Source: Vulcanimicrobiota bacterium
Lineage (GTDB): Bacteria; Vulcanimicrobiota; Vulcanimicrobiia; Vulcanimicrobiales; Vulcanimicrobiaceae
Assembly: GCA_963714015.1 (NCBI GenBank)
Contig: OY970223.1
Location: 1-64,000, forward strand
Reading direction: 5' to 3'
Length of the DNA stretch: 64,000 bases
The notes under the pieces are model-generated. The model searched no databases and had not been told where the DNA came from. It was given only the letters and a program-made list of their open reading frames with translations. Positions 31,987 to 40,099 of this stretch are shown one piece after another. The translations under genes were made by a program, and so were the position numbers. Every line of letters begins with the position of its first letter. The first letter of the stretch is position 1.

Positions 31987-32433
31987 TTAAGCCGAAACCA
32001 CGCTGACGGTCGTTTTGGCGACGATGTTCTTACCCAGGCGGATCTCGACGGGGTAGGTTCCCAGCGCTTTGATGGAGTTTTTCACTTCGATCTTGTGTTT
32101 GTCGACCGACACGGCGAAGGCTTGTGTGATGGCGTCCGCGATGTCGGCGTTGGTGACGGCGCCGAACAACTTGCCGTTGCCGCCGGCTTTTGCGCGCACC
32201 GCTACCGGCTTACTCTCCAACAGTTTGGCGAGTTCGTGGGTTTCGGCCAATACCTGCGCCTCGCGTTTTGCATGCGCTTTCTTCTGCTCGTCGAGCATCG
32301 TAATCGCGCCTTTACTCGCCTCGGTGGCAAGGTTTCGAGGCAGCAAAAAGTTCCGGGCGTAGCCCTCGGCGACTTCGACGATCTGCCCTTTTTTGCCGAG
32401 CGCCTTGACGTCGTTCAGAAGGATGACTTTCAC
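31987..32433 (-). CDS. rplI: 50S ribosomal protein L9
   Basis: MKVILLNDVKALGKKG..V..GYARNFLLP, GKLFGAVT. Confidence 0.97.
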   Translation of the reverse strand: MKVILLNDVKALGKKGQIVEVAEGYARNFLLPRNLATEASKGAITMLDEQKKAHAKREAQVLAETHELAKLLESKPVAVRAKAGGNGKLFGAVTNADIADAITQAFAVSVDKHKIEVKNSIKALGTYPVEIRLGKNIVAKTTVSVVSA

Positions 32434-32445
32434 GGCTTGGGACCG

Positions 32446-32691
32446 CTATTCGGTAACGAAGGGAAGGAAAGCGATAACGCGCGCGCGCTTGACCGCTACG
32501 GTAAGCAGGCGTTGATGACGCGCACAGTTTCCTGAAATTCGGCGGGGGAGAATCTTTCCGCGTTCCGAGACGAATTTCTTCAGCCGGCCGACGTCCTTGT
32601 AATTGATGTCCAGGGCCTTGTCGGCGCAGAAATTGCACGGCTTGCGCTTGGGGCGCCGGTCTTTGACGGCGCGCTTCGTTTTGGTGGCCAC
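32446..32691 (-). CDS. rpsR: 30S ribosomal protein S18 (Zn-binding form)
   Basis: [35 protein letters not shown]. Confidence 0.97.
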   Translation of the reverse strand: MATKTKRAVKDRRPKRKPCNFCADKALDINYKDVGRLKKFVSERGKILPRRISGNCARHQRLLTVAVKRARVIAFLPFVTE

Positions 32692-32808
32692 TCTATTGTC
32701 CTTTCACTAGGTGGTTGACGGTCGTGCCGCATACGTGCGCGACCCTAGCGAAGTGACGCGCCTGACGCGCGCCACTACCAGCCGGAGGGCTGGATTTGAC
32801 CGAGGACG

Positions 32809-32837
32809 AGTATAGCCGCTGGCGAGCCTCTTGGCTA
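32809..32837 (-). promoter_or_regulatory. Putative sigma70 promoter of the rpsR-rplI-lonC-dnaB operon
   Basis: TAGCCA - 17 bp - TATACT on the minus strand, about 115 bp upstream of rpsR. Confidence 0.5.
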
Positions 32838-32881
32838 GTACGTAGGTAGAGGGGCCCGCCCGCGAGCGGGACCCTCACCCG

Positions 32882-34846
32882 CTACTGGCAGCCGTTGCTC
32901 GTCAAGAGTACGTAGCCGTCGTTGGAGTCGATTGTCAGCGGATTGGACACCGGCCGGCCCAGCACGTCGGAGTACGAGTGGTTGGCCGGCAGGTGAGCGA
33001 CTTCGTTATTCGATCCCGAACCTGCATTCACGACGACGATGGCGTTCGCAAAGCGCCGGTAGTAGATCGCCGGGTTGCTCGGGTCGTTCGCCGAGTAGTA
33101 GTCGCCGCACGGCGCGCCCACGGCGGTCGCATACTGGCTGTGATACTGCTCGAGCCCGTAGCCGTTGCCTTGCGAGGCGAAGAGCGACTCCCCTTGCTCG
33201 TTCCCCATCAGATACGTGGCGATCGAGTACTCGAGCTGCGGCGTTCCAAGTTGCGTATTGCCCCAGTTGTCGTTCATCAGTACGGCGGTACCGCGATCCT
33301 GGGCATACTTCGCCCAGTTCGTCGTTTCGGTGAAGTTCGACGTGTTGCCCGTCTTGTAGCTGCCGTAGTCGCTATAGCCCGTCTCGTCAAGATCGGCGTC
33401 GACGTTGCCGAGCAGCGTCTCCTCATTCGCAGTCAAGTTGTCCGCGGGATGGTTGACCATGAACTTCAGGTGATACGTCGAGAGTACCGGATCTTGCGTC
33501 AACAGCTGGTGCGCCGCTTGAACCCACGCCACGACGTCGTTCTCCCAATTGGGATCGTTTGTTCCCGTGTAGCGTCGAACGAACTGGCCGTTTTCGTAAA
33601 TGCCGCATCCGTATCCGCCGGGCACGCCCTCATCGGCTTGCCAGAAAGTGACTTCGTCCACCGAGAGCGACGTGTAACCGACCTGATGCGCGAACGTGGC
33701 CCACAGGTTAAGCTGGTACTGCACGACTTGCGGGTTATGGACGTCGAGCGGAATGCTGTCCAAACCTGGAACGTACGCCGGCGTATTGGTCGGCTGACCT
33801 GACGAATTGCACGCGTACAGGATCCAGTCCGGATGGTTCTGCTGCCACCACGCTAGGGTATGGCCGATTGCGCCCCATGCGGTAGGACTCGCATCGGTTT
33901 CCATCGCTGAGTAGTATCCCATGCGCAACGACGGATTGCTTTGCAACCAAGACGTTCCGATGTTGTCGCGCGCTCCCCAAACCCCGGAGTACCGGTAGCC
34001 GTCGGCCTGCGCGGCGGCCTCGCTGATATAACCGTTGCCGGTGTCGTCGAAGACCTGGAACGCGCTGATCTTGCCCCACGTCGACGGCATAAAGTTGGTC
34101 GTCGGAGGCGGCGTGAAATTCGGATTCGACGAGGGTGTCGGTGACGGGACCGGTGTCCCTGCCGGCGTTCCCGTCGGTGCAGGTGTGGGCGATGGCGCCG
34201 GCGATCCCGAAGGCGATGGAGAAGGTGACGGCGATCCGTCAATCTCGTTGACGACGACCGCGTTCAGCGACGCCTGCAGCGATCCGGTGCCCCAAACTTG
34301 GACCTGCTCGCCGACGTAAGGCTTCGGACCGTTGACGGTCGTGTAATACCCCAGCCAAATATTGATGAAGCCGATGTGCGGGCCGCCCTGCATTTGAAAG
34401 CCCGCGTCGTTCAGCAGAACGATGGGCCCCGTGACCGACCAAATCGGAACTTGCTCTATCTGTGAGGTGGTGCTCATAACCGAAGCGGGATTGCCCGTTC
34501 CGGTCGCTTGAATGTACTCACCGACGAACGGCGCCGGTCCGACGATTTGCGTCGAAGAACTCGTGTAAACGTCGAAGTACCCGACGCCGCGTCCGGCCTG
34601 AATCTGCACGCCGTTCGACATCAATCGAACGACCGTTCCGCTAATCACCAGCGCGCCGTTGTTCGGCTGGTAAGAAATGACGGCCATCGGAAGAACTTTG
34701 CCTTTCGGCGAAGGCGTCGAACTCTGCGTAGGGCTTTGTTCTGGGGCCGGAAGAGCTCCGCCGGCGCCGGATCCGCCGCCGCAAGCTGCTAGCGTCAGTG
34801 AAATTGCGAGAGCGGTGATCGCTCCAAAAATCGTCTTAGTGCTCAC
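32882..34846 (-). CDS. Lipoprotein with two DUF5666-like repeats, a Pro/Ser linker and a putative glycoside hydrolase domain
   Basis: LAAC lipobox; two ~60-aa repeats ending P.P(F/Y)VGE.(I/V)Q..GTG; WWQQNHPDWILY; YYRRFANAIVVVN. Confidence 0.65.
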   Translation of the reverse strand: MSTKTIFGAITALAISLTLAACGGGSGAGGALPAPEQSPTQSSTPSPKGKVLPMAVISYQPNNGALVISGTVVRLMSNGVQIQAGRGVGYFDVYTSSSTQIVGPAPFVGEYIQATGTGNPASVMSTTSQIEQVPIWSVTGPIVLLNDAGFQMQGGPHIGFINIWLGYYTTVNGPKPYVGEQVQVWGTGSLQASLNAVVVNEIDGSPSPSPSPSGSPAPSPTPAPTGTPAGTPVPSPTPSSNPNFTPPPTTNFMPSTWGKISAFQVFDDTGNGYISEAAAQADGYRYSGVWGARDNIGTSWLQSNPSLRMGYYSAMETDASPTAWGAIGHTLAWWQQNHPDWILYACNSSGQPTNTPAYVPGLDSIPLDVHNPQVVQYQLNLWATFAHQVGYTSLSVDEVTFWQADEGVPGGYGCGIYENGQFVRRYTGTNDPNWENDVVAWVQAAHQLLTQDPVLSTYHLKFMVNHPADNLTANEETLLGNVDADLDETGYSDYGSYKTGNTSNFTETTNWAKYAQDRGTAVLMNDNWGNTQLGTPQLEYSIATYLMGNEQGESLFASQGNGYGLEQYHSQYATAVGAPCGDYYSANDPSNPAIYYRRFANAIVVVNAGSGSNNEVAHLPANHSYSDVLGRPVSNPLTIDSNDGYVLLTSNGCQ

Positions 34847-34990
34847 GATTTTGGAGTCGGGTCCCGCGCCGACTATCTTAAGCGGTCCAGCGTAAAAAGT
34901 TCACAAACTGATAATCAGATGAGCGAGTAAGCGTGCGTCCGACGTTACGCTAGGCATGAGACCAAGGAAACGCCGAACGCGCGTACTTTT

Positions 34991-36208
34991 TTATTCGAAT
35001 CGCAGCGCCTGAATCGGCCGCAAATTTGCTGCTTTGCGCGCGGGATAGTATCCGAAGAACACGCCCACGATCGCCGAGAACAGTACCGAAAGCGCGATCC
35101 ACATCGGCGGAATCAGCATCGGCCAGTGCGCCAGCAATGCGACGACCAGGGTGCCAGTCAGTCCGAAGACCACGCCCGCGAGTCCCCCGCAAGTGGCCAG
35201 CACGATGGATTCCGTGAGGAATTGATTGAGGATCACTTTGGCGCGGGCGCCGACGGCCATGCGCAATCCGATCTCCCGCGTACGCTCGGTTACGGAGACC
35301 ATCATGATGTTCATAATTCCGATTCCACCCACGATGAGGGAGACCGCGGCGACGCCGGCGAGCAGGAATTCCATCACCGCACCCGTCGACGATGCCGCAG
35401 CTGCGATATCTTGCAAATTGCGCACGGAGAAGTCGTCCGTCTGCGGCGGAACGATGTGATGCCGCTGCTCAAGCAACGCCGTGATTGCGCTCTGCGCCGC
35501 GGTAACGTGCTGCGCGTCGACCGCGGATACGAGCAGCGTGCCCACCGTCGTTTGTCCGGTGAGGCGCTGCATCGCCGAGCTGTACGGTACCAAAATTGTA
35601 TCGTCCTGATCTTGTCCGACGCCGCTTTGGCCCAGCGGGCTGAGCGTTCCAACCACCGTGAACGGCACGCCTTTGATCAAGACGGTTTGCCCAAGCGCAG
35701 ACGTTCCGTCCGGAAAGAGGTTTTCTACGACGGTTTGTCCGAGCACGCATACTTTCGCCGCGGACGCCACGTCGTTCTGCGTAAAGAACGTGCCCGATGC
35801 GAGCGGCCAGCTCCGAATGAACGTGAAGGTCGGCGCGACGCCGGTGATGCTCGTCTGCCAGTTGTTGTCGCCTGCGACGGCCTGCGCACGCACAGTGACG
35901 CTCGGCGACACCGCCGCGACTCCCGGAAGCTGAGCAATAGCGATTCCGTCGTCCGGCGTGAGCGTCGATGCTCCGCCGTATCCGCTTTTTGCGCCGCCCG
36001 CTGTGACGCTTCCGGGAAGAACGACCAGCATGTTGCTGCCCAAACTGTCGATCTGCTGCTGAACCGACTGGCGAGCGCCGGCGCCGATTGCGACGGTGAC
36101 GATCACCGCCGCCACGCCGATGATGACTCCCAGCATGGTCATGAGCGACCGCGCTCGATTACGGAGCAGTGCGTCGATTGCAAGACGCAGCGTAGCTTTC
36201 AAGTTCAT
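34991..36208 (-). CDS. MacB/FtsX-like ABC transporter permease
   Basis: RSLMTMLGVIIGV, GGIGIMNIMMVSVTERTREIGLRMAVGA, PARKAA.L.PIQALR. Confidence 0.93.
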   Translation of the reverse strand: MNLKATLRLAIDALLRNRARSLMTMLGVIIGVAAVIVTVAIGAGARQSVQQQIDSLGSNMLVVLPGSVTAGGAKSGYGGASTLTPDDGIAIAQLPGVAAVSPSVTVRAQAVAGDNNWQTSITGVAPTFTFIRSWPLASGTFFTQNDVASAAKVCVLGQTVVENLFPDGTSALGQTVLIKGVPFTVVGTLSPLGQSGVGQDQDDTILVPYSSAMQRLTGQTTVGTLLVSAVDAQHVTAAQSAITALLEQRHHIVPPQTDDFSVRNLQDIAAAASSTGAVMEFLLAGVAAVSLIVGGIGIMNIMMVSVTERTREIGLRMAVGARAKVILNQFLTESIVLATCGGLAGVVFGLTGTLVVALLAHWPMLIPPMWIALSVLFSAIVGVFFGYYPARKAANLRPIQALRFE

Positions 36209-36906
36209 GCCGCAACCTCGGCCTTCTTGGTATCGGACAGAATCCGTCCGTCGCGGAACGTAACGACGCGTTTGGCGTACGCGGCGACGTCGGGTTCGTG
36301 GGTGACCAGCAGGATGGTGCGGCCCTGTTCTTCGTTCAGACGCACGAACAGCTCCATCACGTCACGCGAGCTCTTCGTATCGAGTGCGCCCGTCGGCTCG
36401 TCTGCGAGGATCAATCCGGGATCGTTGACCAAGGAGCGGGCAATAGCGACGCGCTGCTGCTGACCGCCGGAGAGCTGGTTGGAGCGATGCTCGCGCAAAT
36501 GCGCTACGCCGACGAGCTCCATCTTCTCGAGCGCGATGCTTTCACGCTCGGCTGGCGGAATGCCGGAGTAGATCATGGGCAGTTCAACGTTCTCGAGTGC
36601 GCTCGTGCGCGAAAGCAGGTTGTACGCTTGGAAGACGAAGCCCAAGCGGCGGCTGCGAATGTCGGCGCGGTCATCCGCGCTGAGCGTTGCAATGTCCACG
36701 CCTTCGAATAAATAGCGTCCGGATGTGGGTTCGTCGAGCAGTCCGGCGATGTGCATGAACGTCGACTTACCTGAGCCGGAAGGACCCATTACGGCAACGA
36801 ACTCGCCCGGTTCGATCGTCAGATCGACTGCTGCCAGGCCTACGACGAACTCAGTGCCAAGCTCGTCGAGCTTCTGCAGATTCTGAGCGCTTACGACCGG
36901 CGTCAT
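36205..36906 (-). CDS. ABC transporter ATP-binding protein (MacB/LolD-like)
   Basis: GPSGSGKST, LSGGQQQRVAIAR, ADEPTGALD, VTHE. Confidence 0.95.
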   Translation of the reverse strand: MTPVVSAQNLQKLDELGTEFVVGLAAVDLTIEPGEFVAVMGPSGSGKSTFMHIAGLLDEPTSGRYLFEGVDIATLSADDRADIRSRRLGFVFQAYNLLSRTSALENVELPMIYSGIPPAERESIALEKMELVGVAHLREHRSNQLSGGQQQRVAIARSLVNDPGLILADEPTGALDTKSSRDVMELFVRLNEEQGRTILLVTHEPDVAAYAKRVVTFRDGRILSDTKKAEVAA

Positions 36907-38438
36907 CGTATTGCTCTCCCGATGCTGCCCATGGCGCTGGGACCGCCCGGGCCGCCGCTTTGCGCGGTGCGAGTCCGCGTGGTGCTTTGCGAGGAGTCGC
37001 CGGTGATGACGTCGTCTCCGGCTTGGAGCGAGCCGCGCAGCGGCGTTACTGCAACCTGCGTTCCGCTCGTCAAATCGATCTTGACGCGGACGGGCACCGG
37101 TTTGCCATTACGCTCGACGAACACTATGCCGCCGGATCCGCTCGTGGTGTTCGCGCCGGCGCCGGCAGCCGTCTGACCCCAAGGCGAGCCGTTCGAGGCC
37201 GTTGCGTTGTGCGTGCGATGCTTAGTTCCGCCGCTCGCGGGACGCCATGCCAGCGCAGCTTGCGGCACGACGAGCGCATTGTGCGCCGTTGCTACGGCGA
37301 TCGAAGCGTTCGCGGTCATGCCCGGAAGAAGCTGGTCGTTGGGATTGTTCACGAGCGTGACGACGTCGTACGTTACGACGTTGTTGACCGTGGTCGGATC
37401 GACGCGCACTTGCGAAACCACGCCGTTGAACGTTTGATTCGGATAGGCCAGAACGCTGAAGTTTACTTTGTCGCCCGGCTTGACGTTGCCGATGTCCGGC
37501 TCGCCGACGGAGATGTCGACTTCCATCTTCTTCAGGTCTTGAGCGATCGTGAAGAGCGTCGGCGTCTGGAAGCTCGAGGCGACGGTTTCGCCGACCGCGA
37601 TATTGCGGCCGATAACGGTACCGTCGACGGGCGAGGTAATGACGCCGCGGCTCAGGTTATACTGATCCTGCGCTACCTGCGCTTGCGCGGCTTGAACCGC
37701 CGCATCTTGTGCCTGCGCCGTGTCCTGTGAACCGGCAGCCTGTGCACTGCTCTGGCTGGTCTGCGCTTTTGCTTGCAGCGCTGCCGCCTGCGCGGAAGCT
37801 AGAGCGCTCTGCGCAGCAACGGCACTGCTCTGGTCGGAGTCATATTGGCTCTGCGCGATATAGCCTTGTGAAAGCAGGCTCTTGTCGCGGCTGACGGTCT
37901 GCTCGGCCAACTGATACGCGCTCTGCGCCTTCGCCACGCTGGCCTGCGCCGTCGCGATACCGGCTTGCGAGACCGTCACTCCCGACTGAGCCCCCGCAGC
38001 GTTTTCGACTTGAGCTTGAGCCTGCGCCTGTGCCTGTGCCAACTGCGCTTGCGCTTGATCGAGCTGAGCTTGCATTTGACTCGGATCGATCCGTGCAAGA
38101 ACCTGACCTTTGACCACGCGGCTGTTGTAGTCGACATAGACGGCCGAGATCGTTCCGGAGGCTTGCGAGCCGACCGTAACCGTATTTTGCGGATTTACGG
38201 TTCCCGAAGCAGTGACGGACTGCGTTAGATCTTGCTGAGCCACCGGCGCCGATGCATACGAGGTCGCTGCGTGCGAACGCGCGACCGCCGCCCCGCCGGT
38301 AACCGCACCTGCGAGAGCGAGCCCGCCGAGCGTGAAGCCCAGCCAGCGCTGCCGCAGTTTGGAGCCGATGCCGGCTGCGCCGGGGAGAGATCCGGCTAAA
38401 GAGTTGCCGTCGAGAGGTGCTTGAAGTTTGCCTATCAT
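36903..38438 (-). CDS. MacA-like periplasmic adaptor subunit
   Basis: VTASGTVNP..TVTVGSQASG, Ala/Gln coiled coil, ITSPVDG, GETVASSFQTPTLF, LLPGMTAN. Confidence 0.92.
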   Translation of the reverse strand: MIGKLQAPLDGNSLAGSLPGAAGIGSKLRQRWLGFTLGGLALAGAVTGGAAVARSHAATSYASAPVAQQDLTQSVTASGTVNPQNTVTVGSQASGTISAVYVDYNSRVVKGQVLARIDPSQMQAQLDQAQAQLAQAQAQAQAQVENAAGAQSGVTVSQAGIATAQASVAKAQSAYQLAEQTVSRDKSLLSQGYIAQSQYDSDQSSAVAAQSALASAQAAALQAKAQTSQSSAQAAGSQDTAQAQDAAVQAAQAQVAQDQYNLSRGVITSPVDGTVIGRNIAVGETVASSFQTPTLFTIAQDLKKMEVDISVGEPDIGNVKPGDKVNFSVLAYPNQTFNGVVSQVRVDPTTVNNVVTYDVVTLVNNPNDQLLPGMTANASIAVATAHNALVVPQAALAWRPASGGTKHRTHNATASNGSPWGQTAAGAGANTTSGSGGIVFVERNGKPVPVRVKIDLTSGTQVAVTPLRGSLQAGDDVITGDSSQSTTRTRTAQSGGPGGPSAMGSIGRAIR

Positions 38439-38561
38439 TTGTACCGATGATAGGCGCGTTTCCTGAAAGCGGGCCGAGAGCCGAATTAAGCGGCGGTGAG
38501 AAACGCGGGGTTTGCATTTGCTTTACGGTAGACGGCCGCCCCGCGATTCGAGACACCGCGT

Positions 38562-39992
38562 CTAAAACAGGTTCCAAAGATACTGGTTGTAGACCTCATG
38601 GTGATACTGCACTTCCGGCGGCTTCACGAACGTACCGAGGAGCCGCGGGCACCGGTCGGCGCTTGCCTTTTTGAGATCGGCATAACGCGCCTTCACATCC
38701 GAAGCGAGAAGCTCGGTGGTCCATGCCGACTCACGAAAGCTTGCGAGCGCGTCGTAAATATTGTCGGGCAGGTAGCGCTCGGCTTGACGCAGATTCTGCT
38801 CGCCGCTGATGCTGCCTTGGAGCCCCGTCTTGAAGACTGCCAGCATCACCATGTACGGGTTGGCATCCGGCGCGACCGATCGCACTTCGACGCGAGAACT
38901 GCGTTCGTTGCCGATCGGAATGCGGACCATAGATCCGCGATCCACTGCAGAGGCCTTGATTTGGTTCGGTGCCTCGAAGTGCGGATCCAAGCGGCGGTAC
39001 GCATTGACGCTGGAGTTGAGCATCAAGCACAGCTCGTTGCCGTGGGTAAGAATGCGATCCACGAACTGCCAAGCGAACGCGCTCAAACTTTCGTCGCCGG
39101 ACGGATCCCAAAACAGGTTCTTGTCGTTCTTGCTGACAGAAACGTTCGTGTGCATACCGCTGCCGTTGACGCCCACGACGGGTTTAGGCAAGAACGAAGC
39201 CGTGAGTCCCATCCTCGTCGCAACTTGCCTGCAGATGAGCTTGTAGAGCTGAATCTGATCGGCAGCCGCGACCGCGTCCCCGTAACTGTAGTTGATTTCG
39301 AATTGCGAAGGGGCCACTTCCGGATGATCTTTCTCGTTCTGAAAACCCATCGCTCGCTGCACTTCGGCCACCGTATCGATGAACGTGCGCAGCGGATCGC
39401 CCGGAAGCGAATGATAATAACCGCCGGTGTTGACGTACTCGAAACGCTCGGTTTCGTGGAACCGCTGCTCGGCATCCAGGCCCTGAAAGAGAAAGCCCTC
39501 GATCTCGTTTGCAGCATTGAGCGTATAGCCGTCGCTCTTGAAGTACTGTTCGCAGAGCTTCTTCAGCAGCCCGCGCACATCCGCAGAAAACGGCGCGCCT
39601 TGACGATCCAGCACGTCGGCGAAGACGAGCACTTTACCGGGGCCGAAAATATCGGCGGGCGCCCAGTAAAAAGATGCCCAATCCAATGCTAAACGCAGGT
39701 CGCTCTCGCGCTGCGCGGTGAACCCGCGAATCGAGGAGCCATCGAAGGTGAGATTATCGTAGGACTTGAGCAAGAACTTCTTGTCGTAGTCCAGCATGTG
39801 CAGCCGGCCTTCCAGGTCGCTGAACAGCACCGTCACGGCCTTGATCCGGCGTTCGTCGGTCAGATACTTGAGGCGCTCTTCCTCAACCTTGCCGGCGGCC
39901 GTACGTTGGCCGCGATGTTGTTTGGCCTTCAGGTTCAAATCCTCGAGCTCGGAATACGGCAGCATCAGAAAATCACGCATCTCGATCGCCAT
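38562..39992 (-). CDS. Glutamine synthetase family protein (GSI-like)
   Basis: FDGSSIRGF, HPEVAPSQFEI, FLPKP..GVNGSGMH, NAYRRL.P.FEAP, RVEVRS..PDANPY. Confidence 0.9.
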   Translation of the reverse strand: MAIEMRDFLMLPYSELEDLNLKAKQHRGQRTAAGKVEEERLKYLTDERRIKAVTVLFSDLEGRLHMLDYDKKFLLKSYDNLTFDGSSIRGFTAQRESDLRLALDWASFYWAPADIFGPGKVLVFADVLDRQGAPFSADVRGLLKKLCEQYFKSDGYTLNAANEIEGFLFQGLDAEQRFHETERFEYVNTGGYYHSLPGDPLRTFIDTVAEVQRAMGFQNEKDHPEVAPSQFEINYSYGDAVAAADQIQLYKLICRQVATRMGLTASFLPKPVVGVNGSGMHTNVSVSKNDKNLFWDPSGDESLSAFAWQFVDRILTHGNELCLMLNSSVNAYRRLDPHFEAPNQIKASAVDRGSMVRIPIGNERSSRVEVRSVAPDANPYMVMLAVFKTGLQGSISGEQNLRQAERYLPDNIYDALASFRESAWTTELLASDVKARYADLKKASADRCPRLLGTFVKPPEVQYHHEVYNQYLWNLF

Positions 39993-40099
39993 CGTCGTCT
40001 CGCCTCCATAGTTGGCCGGAAGTTGCTTGAGCGGTTACACAACGCGCCCGAGGGGCCTTTGTGCATTTGGCTAAGATGAATGGCACGCAAGGATAGCCA

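Noticed and set aside
32693..32878. 61-aa ORF upstream of rpsR
   Set aside because: It has no resemblance to S6 or SSB and overlaps the predicted promoter and leader hairpins.
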